NCBI GenBank assembly: GCA_012103325.1
Contig: WLWY01000014.1
Span: forward strand, 21,218-85,217
Source of the DNA: Alphaproteobacteria bacterium
Lineage (GTDB): Bacteria > Pseudomonadota > Alphaproteobacteria > UBA8366 > GCA-2717185
Direction of reading: 5' to 3'
DNA: 64,000 nt
Each line of letters starts with the position of its first letter. Within the stretch, counting starts at the first letter, position 1. This document shows, piece after piece, positions 29,132 to 37,463 of the stretch. The translations under genes and the position numbers were made by a program. The notes beneath the pieces were generated by a model, which worked only from the letters and a program-made list of their open reading frames with translations, did no database searches and had not been told where the DNA came from.

Positions 29132-30868
29132 TTAAAATCGCGCGCTCATGAAAACAAAAAATCGCCCGTTCCGGTCCTCTTCATTGCCCGGCGTGCGGCC
29201 AAGTGGAACGGCGTATTCCATCCGCAGATCGGACCAGTTGAACAGATTGACTTGCATGCCCAACCCCGTCGATCCGAGCCCCAGTCTGGACCCCGCCGAA
29301 GACGAGGTTTCTTCATTCCACGTCACGCCATAATCAAAAAATGCGTAGGGACGGGTTCGTCCGACATGGCGCAGATCGATGCGCCAATCGTAACCCAGTT
29401 CAGCGGACAGGGCGCCGCCGAGTTCGCCGGTCAGTTCGCCGGAATTGAACGCGCGGCCGTAGCGCGCACCACCAAGCGCAAACTCGTGCGATGCCGGCAA
29501 CGGCCCGAAGGCATATTGACCGGACGCCCTCGCCAACAAATCGAAGCGGTGACCGAGTGCGCGGGCATGAACGAGATCCAATGTGAGCATCGTAAAGTCG
29601 GGTTCGGAATCGGCCCGCGACGTCGCGTGCACATCGGGATCGCTCGCCGCCAGAATCGGCAGTCCTTGCGTCAGTTCGAACACGCCGCCATTCCGTCCAC
29701 CGAGGAATCCCGTCTGCGTGAAATTGACAGTGGCGCGCGCCGTCCGAATCCGGTCACGGGAAAACCGATCGCTCAACAACTCGACTTCCGTGTTGAGATA
29801 AGAGAAGCCTAATCCCGCCGTCAGGGAGTAGTTTCGCTGGAGCAGAATCGGATAGCTCAGATCGATATCGCCGCTCTCACTTCGAGTAACCGTGTCGAAC
29901 TCTTTCAGCGTAAATCCCGGATTGCTTTTCGTGATACCGAAGACACCCGCAACGCGCATTCCGTTGACGCCGATCCGCTGCGAATAGCTCAGGCTGGCCG
30001 ACCTCAATTCCTCGGTCTCATGCGCAATCGTCGCGCTGACGCCGACACGCTCGGCGAAGATCGAAACCGGGCTCAATGAAACGCCGGCATCGTATCGCCA
30101 CGGTCCGGTAAATTCGGAACCGCGATTGTTGATGCCGGCCTGAGCGCCCGCCAAAACATGCTTCGCCTGCACCACCAGATCGGACGCGCCGCGCGTTTTT
30201 TCCGAGCGCTGCAGAACGCCGGTCGCGGTCACGCCGGCAATCTGTCCGGCAAGGAGAAGCCGGCGCTCCAAAGGTGCCAGTCGCAGCGGGCGTTCTCCGA
30301 CAATCGGCCGAAGCGTGCTTTCGATGATCCGCTGCAACGATTCGTCGACGCCGATGACACGGATGTCATCGATGAACCCTTCCACCACGGCAATCCGGAA
30401 CACGCCATCGCGCACCGCCTGCGGCGGCACATACGCGAAGCTGAGGAAATATCCGTCCAAGTGATAGCGCGCCTGAATCGCTTCGGCGATCGCATAGAAC
30501 TGCCCGAACGTGATGGTCTTGCCGAGCAGGTGGCGGTACAACTCGGCAAGCTCCGCCTCGCGATAGGCCGTCACCCCTTCGAGTTTGATCTCCTTCAACT
30601 CGAAGGTTTTCTGCAGAAGCGCCGGCGGCGGCTTCACGCCGGCCGGCAACTCGATCTGTAGTTCCAGTTCAGCAGAGGGATCGGGTAGAGACGGCGTCGG
30701 CGGCTCACGCCGGCCAGGCTCCACGGCACCAGGAAGCACGGCCGGCGGCGTCTGCACCACGACCTGCGAATGCGCAATATGCGGCATGAGCAGCAGCACC
30801 ACGCAAGTGATGCTCCGCCACATAGCAAACGCCCAACGGACGGCCACAATACTATTCCCCGCCCGCAT
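29132..30868 (-). CDS. TpsB outer-membrane transporter (ShlB/FhaC/HecB family, POTRA plus beta-barrel)
   Basis: 578 aa with signal peptide (MWRSITCVVLLLMPHIAHS). POTRA-like segment FELKEIKLEGVTAY...DGVFRIAVVEGFIDDIRV. C-terminal beta-barrel ending in F (FVFMSARF). Lies immediately upstream of tpsA on the same strand. Confidence 0.92.
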   Translation of the reverse strand: MRAGNSIVAVRWAFAMWRSITCVVLLLMPHIAHSQVVVQTPPAVLPGAVEPGRREPPTPSLPDPSAELELQIELPAGVKPPPALLQKTFELKEIKLEGVTAYREAELAELYRHLLGKTITFGQFYAIAEAIQARYHLDGYFLSFAYVPPQAVRDGVFRIAVVEGFIDDIRVIGVDESLQRIIESTLRPIVGERPLRLAPLERRLLLAGQIAGVTATGVLQRSEKTRGASDLVVQAKHVLAGAQAGINNRGSEFTGPWRYDAGVSLSPVSIFAERVGVSATIAHETEELRSASLSYSQRIGVNGMRVAGVFGITKSNPGFTLKEFDTVTRSESGDIDLSYPILLQRNYSLTAGLGFSYLNTEVELLSDRFSRDRIRTARATVNFTQTGFLGGRNGGVFELTQGLPILAASDPDVHATSRADSEPDFTMLTLDLVHARALGHRFDLLARASGQYAFGPLPASHEFALGGARYGRAFNSGELTGELGGALSAELGYDWRIDLRHVGRTRPYAFFDYGVTWNEETSSSAGSRLGLGSTGLGMQVNLFNWSDLRMEYAVPLGRTPGNEEDRNGRFFVFMSARF

Positions 30869-31130
30869 TTTCCCCGGACCTTGAAATGCTCAATGGGCAA
30901 CGTTTTTCTACTTATCGGAGCCGTCAAAATGCGGCCCTTCGTCACGATATTTTACGCATACCGCGTTCAACCAAGAATACACGGATTGAGCAGATTCGAA
31001 AGCGCAAAGCTGTAGAAGCAGACGAGGCTTTGTGCGCTACACGGAATTGTGAGGGCTGACGCGACACAGCGCGCCTGTCGGAGCAATGGAACCGATTGCC
31101 TCGTCCCGAGATACGGATGTATGAAGGGAT

Positions 31131-32069
31131 ATGGACGAATCGCGCATTGTTTCTCTGCTGCCGAGCGCAACTGAAATCGTTGCAATCTTGGGTGCACGGG
31201 ATCGGTTGGTTGGCCGCTCGCACGAATGCGACTTTCCGCCAAACGTGACGTCCTTACCGGTCTGCACCGCGGCGCGGCTGGACGCGACCGCATCGAGCCG
31301 CGACATTGACCGCGCCGTCAAACACGCGCTTAAAGATGCCCTCGCGGTATACGACGTATTCGAGGATCAACTGCAGGCGCTATCACCGAAAATCGTCGTG
31401 ACGCAGGATCAATGCGACGTGTGTGCCGTTCCTCTCGCAGACGTGGAGACTGCCGTTTCGTCTCTTACCGGCCAAGCGGTGGAGATCGTCACACTGCATC
31501 CGAGCGACCTTGACGCCGTCTACGACGATATTCGGCGCGTCGGCACTGCAATTGGCGCTCCCGCAGCGGCGACCGCCGTTGTTGCTGACATGACACAGCG
31601 CTGCCAAGCCATCTCAACGAAGGCCGAAACCCTGGATGCGCCGTCCGTCGCCTGTATCGAATGGACGGACCCGCTCATGGCGGCGGGCAACTGGGTGCCG
31701 GAACTCGTCAGTCTCGCGGGCGGGCGCGACGTATTTGGCATTCCTGGGAAGCATGCCCCATGGATTACTTGGGAAGGCTTACGAAACGCCGACCCCGATA
31801 TCATCGTCTTCATGCCATGCGGTTTTGGCCTGACGCGGTGCCGAGAAGAAGCCAAGATAGTGGCGGAAGTTCCGGGCTGGAGGGACTTTTGCGCGGTCAA
31901 ATCCGGCCGAGTCTACGTCACCGACGGTAATAGCTACTTCAATCGGCCGGGTCCGCGCCTCGTCGATTCTCTGGAAATCATGGCGGAGATACTTCACCCG
32001 GAAATATTCGCATTCGGCCACGAAACAGCGAAAGGCGGCAGTGGCTGGGCTAGGAGCCTGTCCAAGTAA
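31131..32069 (+). CDS. periplasmic-binding-protein fold protein (cobalamin/iron-siderophore binding type, no obvious signal peptide)
   Basis: 312 aa. N-terminus RIVSLLPSATEIVAILGARDRLVGRSHECDFP is typical of the class III PBP (BtuF/FhuD-like) fold. The last 6 codons and the stop lie inside the left terminal repeat of the MITE-like element. Confidence 0.8.
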   Translation: MDESRIVSLLPSATEIVAILGARDRLVGRSHECDFPPNVTSLPVCTAARLDATASSRDIDRAVKHALKDALAVYDVFEDQLQALSPKIVVTQDQCDVCAVPLADVETAVSSLTGQAVEIVTLHPSDLDAVYDDIRRVGTAIGAPAAATAVVADMTQRCQAISTKAETLDAPSVACIEWTDPLMAAGNWVPELVSLAGGRDVFGIPGKHAPWITWEGLRNADPDIIVFMPCGFGLTRCREEAKIVAEVPGWRDFCAVKSGRVYVTDGNSYFNRPGPRLVDSLEIMAEILHPEIFAFGHETAKGGSGWARSLSK

Positions 32070-32324
32070 TGCTTACGGTCTGCACTGCGTTTTCAAGGGG
32101 TTGGGCTAGGATGGTGTCGCGTGGCGATGCCGGGGGGCATCGCAAGCGGTACCGGACGACATCCCAGCCCCTTGAAAACGCAGCCCTTTGGGTCGACCAG
32201 AGAAATGCGCATGCCGCGTCGTGAGCGCTTGACGATACTTCCGGCATCGCCAGCGCACCCTCTCCTAACATGCACGCTTCTCTGGTCGATGCAGACCGTA
32301 AGCATTACTTGGACAGGCTCCTAG
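32050..32324. mobile_element. MITE-like non-autonomous element with perfect 35-bp terminal inverted repeats
   Basis: CTAGGAGCCTGTCCAAGTAATGCTTACGGTCTGCA (32050-32084) is the exact reverse complement of 32290-32324. The interior has no credible ORF. It folds into two further long hairpins (32085-32113 with 32161-32184; 32192-32203 with 32278-32289). Confidence 0.55.
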
Positions 32325-32442
32325 GTTTCGTGGTTGAACCCGCATAGCCCGTAGAACAGCACAAAGCACAGCCGGTAACCTTTACTCCATCATTCCCGGC
32401 CATATATCAAACGCGCAACCACCCTGAGGAGGCCGCCGGACC

Positions 32443-33312
32443 ATGCCACGCCATATGCCCGATAAAGCATTCAAGAACCCGGACTTCGTCAACAGCCGGG
32501 ACGGCCGCGTCATGCGCATCATGGCCGAATATCTCGAGCCGCAGAAACGCCTGCGCGATGCGGGGATCGAGGATACGATCGTGTTTTTCGGCTCAGCCCG
32601 CACTCCCGCGCTCGACGACGCGACAGGCGCCCTCGCCGCGCTGCGCGAAACGCCGGACACCCCGCCGGAAGTGATTGCACGCGCCGAACGCGGCGTCGAA
32701 ATGGCCAAATACTACGAAGCAGCCCGCGAGCTTTCCTACAAGTTAACGGAATGGGCTGCGGAATTAGCGCGGGCCCAAGGCGACAGCGGACACCGGTTTT
32801 CGGTCGTTACCGGCGGCGGCCCCGGGATCATGGAGGCGGCGAATCGCGGCGCCGCGGAAGCCGGCGGCAGCACCATCGGCATGAACATTTCCCTGCCCTT
32901 CGAGCAATACCCGAACGAGTACATATCCGATGGCCTCGCCTTTGAATTCCACTACTTCTTCATGCGGAAGTTCTGGCTGGTTTATCTCGCCAAAGCCGCC
33001 GTTGTCATGCCGGGCGGGTTCGGCACCCTGGACGAATTCATGGAAGTTCTGACTCTGGTCCAAACCGAGAAGATTCGCCGTGATCTCCCGATCATCCTGT
33101 TCGGCTCGGAATATTGGAGAAACATCGTGGAGTTCGAACCGATGGCCGAGTTCGGCACGATAGACTTAACGGATTTGGACCTGTTCCACATTACGGACTC
33201 TGTAGACGATGCATTCGAATGGCTGAAAGATCAACTGTCCGGGTGGGCGGTGGACAACCCGGGCGCGGGCCTTACGACCGATGTAGAGATCGTCGGAAAG
33301 CCGGACCGCTAA
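32443..33312 (+). CDS. LOG family protein (TIGR00730-type Rossmann fold, cytokinin riboside 5'-monophosphate phosphoribohydrolase-like)
   Basis: 289 aa with the PGGFGTLDEFMEVLTLVQT (PGGxGTxxE) motif and GGGPGIMEAANRGA. Confidence 0.85.
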   Translation: MPRHMPDKAFKNPDFVNSRDGRVMRIMAEYLEPQKRLRDAGIEDTIVFFGSARTPALDDATGALAALRETPDTPPEVIARAERGVEMAKYYEAARELSYKLTEWAAELARAQGDSGHRFSVVTGGGPGIMEAANRGAAEAGGSTIGMNISLPFEQYPNEYISDGLAFEFHYFFMRKFWLVYLAKAAVVMPGGFGTLDEFMEVLTLVQTEKIRRDLPIILFGSEYWRNIVEFEPMAEFGTIDLTDLDLFHITDSVDDAFEWLKDQLSGWAVDNPGAGLTTDVEIVGKPDR

Positions 33313-33343
33313 CACGGATCTCAAGACAAGGCACGATAACGCG

Positions 33344-33838
33344 ATGGCGGATGTTCGACGATTAACAGCATCGGATGCGGAAATCTATCGGGAGATCCGG
33401 CTGGAAGGGCTTGATCGCCACCCCGAGGCGTTTGGTGCGTCTTTCGATACAGAAGCAACCGAGGACATTGCGTTCTTCGCCGGCCGATTAACGGGCAGCA
33501 CCGTGTTTGGCGGTTTCGACGGGCAAGCGCTGCTGGGCGTTGCGGGATGTTTCACGACAACGCAGGAGAAAGAGCGCCACAAGGCCACCTTGTTCGGCAT
33601 GTATGTCCGCGAAGCGGCGCGGGGCAAGGGGCTTGGAAAACTGCTTGTCGAGGCGGTGCTGAAAGAAGCCGGCAACCACGCCGAAATCATTCGGCTGACC
33701 GTCGTTACCACGAACGCGGCCGCGCGCGATTTATATGAACGCTGCGGCTTCGAGTGTTATGGCATCGAACCAAAGTCCCTGAAAGTCGCCGGCCGGTATT
33801 ACGATGAAGCCCTGATGTATAAGCACCTGCGCGGCTAA
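33344..33838 (+). CDS. GNAT family N-acetyltransferase
   Basis: 164 aa. Acetyl-CoA binding motif-A-like VREAARGKGLGKLLVEAV and C-terminal RDLYERCGFE. Confidence 0.85.
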   Translation: MADVRRLTASDAEIYREIRLEGLDRHPEAFGASFDTEATEDIAFFAGRLTGSTVFGGFDGQALLGVAGCFTTTQEKERHKATLFGMYVREAARGKGLGKLLVEAVLKEAGNHAEIIRLTVVTTNAAARDLYERCGFECYGIEPKSLKVAGRYYDEALMYKHLRG

Positions 33839-33910
33839 CCGGCAATGGCAAGGTGACCGTTTGAATCCATGCCGAGGGCTGTTCCCCACGGAACCCCGCC
33901 TATCACCCTT

Positions 33911-33921
33911 GGGCTTGGCCC
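33911..33921. repeat. target-site duplication (left copy) GGGCTTGGCCC
   Basis: The identical 11-mer recurs at 35190-35200, immediately outside the IS inverted repeats. Confidence 0.7.
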
Positions 33922-35189
33922 ACTGTTGTCCGGTTTAATTCAGTGGACGGTTTGCATGGCATTGATTCTACTGGTGACCAATCGTTTGGCGACGTTTTGG
34001 ACACGGGAAAGGATCAACACCATGCGGCATGAGAATAGCGTATTTCATGATCTGATGAAGCGTGTTCCTTGGGATCGTTTTGCGGCTTTGGTGGAACGGC
34101 ATGAAGCCGACAAACACGTTCGCCGCCTGAGCACGAAGGACCAGTTCATCGCCCTGCTATATGCTCAGCTTTCCGGTGCGGTGAGCTTGCGCGAGATCGT
34201 CGGCGGTCTACAGAGCCATCGTGCCCGGCTCTATCATGTCGGCGGTCGCCTTGTGACGCGTTCGACGCTGGCCGATGCGAACGCGACGCGGCCGAGCGCG
34301 GTGTTCTCGGAGCTGTTCACGGCGTTGGTTGGGCGCGCCGGGCGCGGGTTGCGGCGGACGCTTGGCGAGGCGACCTACCTGATCGATGCCAGTCCGCTTG
34401 CCTTGAGTGGCCGGGGATCGCAGTGGGCGTATTTTTCGGCCAGGGCCTGTGGCGCGAAACTGCATGTGGTTTACGATGCGGGCGCCGAACACCCGGTCTA
34501 CGCGGCGGTGACGCCGGCAAAGACCGCCGATATCAAGGTGGCGCAGGAGATGCCGATCGAGGCGGGCGCGACCTATGTCTTTGATCTGGCTTACTACGAT
34601 TACGCCTGGTGGGCGAAGCTCGACGCCGCGGGTTGCCGCATTGTCACCCGTTTCAAGTCGCACACGCCGCTAACAGAGGCCACCGATCGGGCGGTGCCCG
34701 AGGGCGAAGACATCTTGTCCGACCGGGTCGGCCTGCTGCCCAAACGGCAAAGGATGAGCCGCAAAAACCCCTTCTCCAAGCCCGTGCGCGAAGTCACGGT
34801 GCGGATCGATACCGGCAAGACCCTCCGGATCCTGTCCAACGATCTGGACGCCTCGGCCCGGCAAATCGCCGACCTCTATAAGCGCCGCTGGGCGATCGAG
34901 CTGTTCTTTCGCTGGGTCAAACAGAACCTCAAAATCCGGCACTTCCTCGGCCGGTCCGAGAATGCCGTGCGCATTCAGATCACCGTTGCCCTGATCGCCT
35001 ATCTCTTGCTTCACCTCGCAAAAGCCGATCAGAAAACCGTCAAATCCCCGCTCGCATTCGCTCGCCTCGTCCGAACAAACCTCATGCATCGAAAGCGCAT
35101 TGACCGTCTGCTCGAACCTGAACCAAACACACCTCAATGCCAAAATCAGTTGGCCTTCATATGTTAGAGAAATTAAACCGGACAACAGT
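33922..35189 (+). mobile_element. IS4-family insertion sequence (~1.27 kb)
   Basis: 19-bp terminal inverted repeats ACTGTTGTCCGGTTTAATT (33922-33940) and AATTAAACCGGACAACAGT (35171-35189). One DDE transposase gene, flanked by an 11-bp direct repeat. Confidence 0.8.
34022..35167 (+). CDS. IS4-family DDE transposase (DUF4372-type N-terminus)
   Basis: MRHENSVFHDLMKRVPWDRFAALVERHEADKHVRRLSTKDQFIALLYAQLSG... and C-terminal YKRRWAIELFFRWVKQNLKI are typical of IS4-family transposases. The ORF-track start (33869) lies outside the left IR, so the CDS is trimmed to the first ATG inside the element. Confidence 0.85.
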   Translation: MRHENSVFHDLMKRVPWDRFAALVERHEADKHVRRLSTKDQFIALLYAQLSGAVSLREIVGGLQSHRARLYHVGGRLVTRSTLADANATRPSAVFSELFTALVGRAGRGLRRTLGEATYLIDASPLALSGRGSQWAYFSARACGAKLHVVYDAGAEHPVYAAVTPAKTADIKVAQEMPIEAGATYVFDLAYYDYAWWAKLDAAGCRIVTRFKSHTPLTEATDRAVPEGEDILSDRVGLLPKRQRMSRKNPFSKPVREVTVRIDTGKTLRILSNDLDASARQIADLYKRRWAIELFFRWVKQNLKIRHFLGRSENAVRIQITVALIAYLLLHLAKADQKTVKSPLAFARLVRTNLMHRKRIDRLLEPEPNTPQCQNQLAFIC

Positions 35190-35200
35190 GGGCTTGGCCC
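35190..35200. repeat. target-site duplication (right copy) GGGCTTGGCCC
   Basis: See 33911-33921. Confidence 0.7.
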
Positions 35201-35234
35201 GAGGGTCCATACTTCAACGAGGACGCTTGCCATC

Positions 35235-35530
35235 GGCATGGATACTCGGGTCAAGCCCGAATATGACGGAGGGGGAAAGAACGGCATCACCGGCATCGAA
35301 CGCTCCTCTGACACCCCCAACTTGGCTCAACCCGTCATCCTCAGCACAGATACCGTCATCCTCGACTTGATCGAGGATCCAGTCCGCCGTTCGAAAGGCC
35401 ACCGTCCCGTTAATACCAAGGAGCGGACCATACGAGCGGCTGTGTGGTTTCATCGTTGTATGGATCCTCGATCAAGTCGAGGATGACGGCGTTGGTGTGT
35501 CGGGGATGACGGCGTTGGCTGGTTGGGACG
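35235..35530. repeat. cluster of REP-like palindromic units (GGAT(C/A)CTCG...CGAGGATGAC type)
   Basis: GGATACTCGGGTCAAGCCCGAATATGACGG (~35239-35268). CCGTCATCCTCGACTTGATCGAGGATCC (~35355-35382) and its inverted copy GGATCCTCGATCAAGTCGAGGATGACGG (~35462-35489). GACGGCGTTGG x3 as direct repeats at ~35484-35535. Confidence 0.55.
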
Positions 35531-35745
35531 GCGTTGGTTGGTGCTGAGCGAGCCGCGTCCCCTACGCTTGTGCCGCGGACGGCGATATCACACTACCTTT
35601 ATGCGATGGCGTCCATGATGGCGCGGGGCTTCAAGTAATCGCCCTACCCGTTGTTTTCAGCTGCATATCCGGCTTCGGAACAATAAATATAAAATTTTAT
35701 CTAAATAAAATTGAAATTAAAGTAAGTATTTCTTTAATTTTACAA

Positions 35746-35925
35746 GTAATTCGAAACGATAATTCTTGTAACTGTCGTAGAATTTGCTATTATTTGAATG
35801 TCATTTCTTCCTGACATACGAGATGATTTGAGTATGACCTCTGTACGAGGCTCCCTCTAAGTCCCCCCGGCTCTTACTTCCTATCCCCCTCCCTCCCTCT
35901 CCTCGCAGCCGGGGGGATTTTTTTT
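35746..35925 (+). ncRNA. candidate small RNA with CU-rich (anti-Shine-Dalgarno-like) loops; 5' end uncertain
   Basis: An AT-rich island carries two sigma70-like hexamer pairs: TTGAAA-N17-TTAATT (35711-35739) and TTGTAA-N16-TATTAT (35766-35793). They precede a non-coding stretch with a hairpin ATGTCA/TGACAT (35798-35817, loop UUUCUUCC). A GC-clamped hairpin plus T8 follows, with loop CUUACUUCCUAUCCCCCUCCCUCCCUCUCCUCGCA. No ORF. Confidence 0.3.
35863..35925 (+). terminator. intrinsic-terminator-like hairpin (CCCCCCGGC...GCCGGGGGG) followed by T8
   Basis: 9-bp all-GC stem (35863-35871 with 35908-35916), A, then TTTTTTTT (35918-35925). The U-tract is on the plus strand. The loop is unusually long (36 nt). 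It ends 1 nt before the stop of the convergent SDR gene. Confidence 0.55.
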
Positions 35926-35926
35926 G

Positions 35927-36688
35927 CTACATCGCGCTAATACCGCCATCGATGACCAGTTCCGCGCCTGTCGTGAAACTCGACTCGTCGGAGGCCAGAT
36001 AGAGTATGGCGTAGGCGACTTCCAAAGGCTGACCGACGCGGCCGAGCGGGATTTGGCGCGCGAACTTGCCTAGCGCGACCTCGGCACCGAATTTCTCCTT
36101 GTGCCGGTCCAGAATTGGTGTGTCGATGAAAGCAGGGTGAATCGAGTTGCTTCGGATGTTGTAGCCCTTGCGCGCGCAATGCAGCGCGACCGACTTGCTC
36201 AAATGACGCACAGCTGCCTTGGAGGAATTATAGGCGGCCATATTGGCGCCCGCGACGATGCCGGCGACTGATGAGATAGTCACGATCGATCCGCCACCGC
36301 TTTTCGCCATCTCTGGTATCGCATGCTTGCAGCCCAAGAAGACGGAATCGAGATTGATTGCGTGGACGCGTTGCCACTCCTCCAGTTCGATATCCTCGAC
36401 CGTCTTGGTGAGGCCGATCCCCGCGCTATTAAGCAAAATATGGAGCCCGCCGAAAGCATCGACCGTCTGCCGGATGGCATCGATCCATTGATCTTCCCGG
36501 GTCACATCATGCCGTAGGAATATCGCCGCATCGCCGATCTCCTCTGCAACCGCCCGGCCGCCTTCTTCGTTTATGTCCGTAACCACCACCCGCGCGCCTT
36601 CGCGCGCAAACAACAATGCCGACTCTTTCCCCAATCCCGATGCCCCGCCGGTAACCAACGCGACCTTACCTGCAACTCGATCCACCAT
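35927..36688 (-). CDS. SDR family oxidoreductase (classical, 3-oxoacyl-ACP reductase / hydroxysteroid dehydrogenase-like)
   Basis: 253 aa. TGGASGLG cofactor motif, NSAG, and the catalytic YNSSKAAV (YxxxK). Confidence 0.9.
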   Translation of the reverse strand: MVDRVAGKVALVTGGASGLGKESALLFAREGARVVVTDINEEGGRAVAEEIGDAAIFLRHDVTREDQWIDAIRQTVDAFGGLHILLNSAGIGLTKTVEDIELEEWQRVHAINLDSVFLGCKHAIPEMAKSGGGSIVTISSVAGIVAGANMAAYNSSKAAVRHLSKSVALHCARKGYNIRSNSIHPAFIDTPILDRHKEKFGAEVALGKFARQIPLGRVGQPLEVAYAILYLASDESSFTTGAELVIDGGISAM

Positions 36689-36842
36689 GCCGTACTCCTT
36701 TCGATGCCAGTGTCTTGCCTGACAGGATACGTTGCAAGGGAGTACGGAGAAACTGACGTTGAGATTAAATTAAGGAAGTCGTCGCAAATGATTGGCGTCT
36801 GAATACTTTCGCTTTATGCTGCCGATAACGTGGGAGACGAAT

Positions 36843-37100
36843 ATGCGGTATGGATTTATTGCTTGTTTGCTGATGCTTGGTGGTTGCGGAGGCCTCGAAG
36901 CCTATGACAGCGCACGCAGCCTGTCGGAGACCATTCACTTCCTTGAGAAGCATAACGGCTTGATGAGCAAGGAAGCCGTCGGGGACAATCCTTACGATAA
37001 CGATCCGGATTACAGGACAGCGTATTGTAAGATCGGTGATATTCAGCACTGGTCGACCGTGACCGCATGCCTGAATTCGAACGGCAAGCCGCAAATCTAG
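36843..37100 (+). CDS. small lipoprotein, paralog 1 (unknown family)
   Basis: MRYGFIACLLMLGGC lipobox. Shares NPYDNDPxYRxxYC...STVxAC with the next gene. Trimmed from ORF 36792 to the ATG in front of the signal peptide. Confidence 0.65.
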   Translation: MRYGFIACLLMLGGCGGLEAYDSARSLSETIHFLEKHNGLMSKEAVGDNPYDNDPDYRTAYCKIGDIQHWSTVTACLNSNGKPQI

Positions 37101-37194
37101 AACCAGCCCAGCAAGCACCTCTTCGTGGCTCGCGCGGCCTGCGGCTGGCCGGTTGCGCTATTCTGAATTTTCAAGAACTCAGAGGAAGGTCCGA

Positions 37195-37443
37195 ATGCGT
37201 CCTTTTGTGACTCTCTTGTTCCTCCTCAGCGGATGCGACGCAGTGGATGCCGTCGAAAACGCGCGCACGCCCTCGGAAGCAATTTACCTCCTGCGCCAGA
37301 GCGAGGATGAGAAACGCGTCAACCCGTACGATAACGACCCCAGATATCGCGCCGTTTACTGCTCGGTCGATGGGGTTGAGTTCCGATCCACCGTCAATGC
37401 CTGCAGCAAGGCAAACGGCGAAGCGCGGCTGACGAACCAGTAA
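37195..37443 (+). CDS. small lipoprotein, paralog 2 (unknown family)
   Basis: MRPFVTLLFLLSGC lipobox, with AGAGGAAGG Shine-Dalgarno 5 nt upstream. Same NPYDNDPRYRAVYC...STVNAC motif. Confidence 0.7.
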   Translation: MRPFVTLLFLLSGCDAVDAVENARTPSEAIYLLRQSEDEKRVNPYDNDPRYRAVYCSVDGVEFRSTVNACSKANGEARLTNQ

Positions 37444-37463
37444 AAATCAGCCGAGACGAAGCG

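Noticed and set aside
30869-31130. Cobalamin riboswitch upstream of the BtuF-like binding-protein gene
   Set aside because: I looked for the B12-box and the conserved GGGAA/GGUG core and did not find them. The region is simply the divergent promoter region shared with tpsB.
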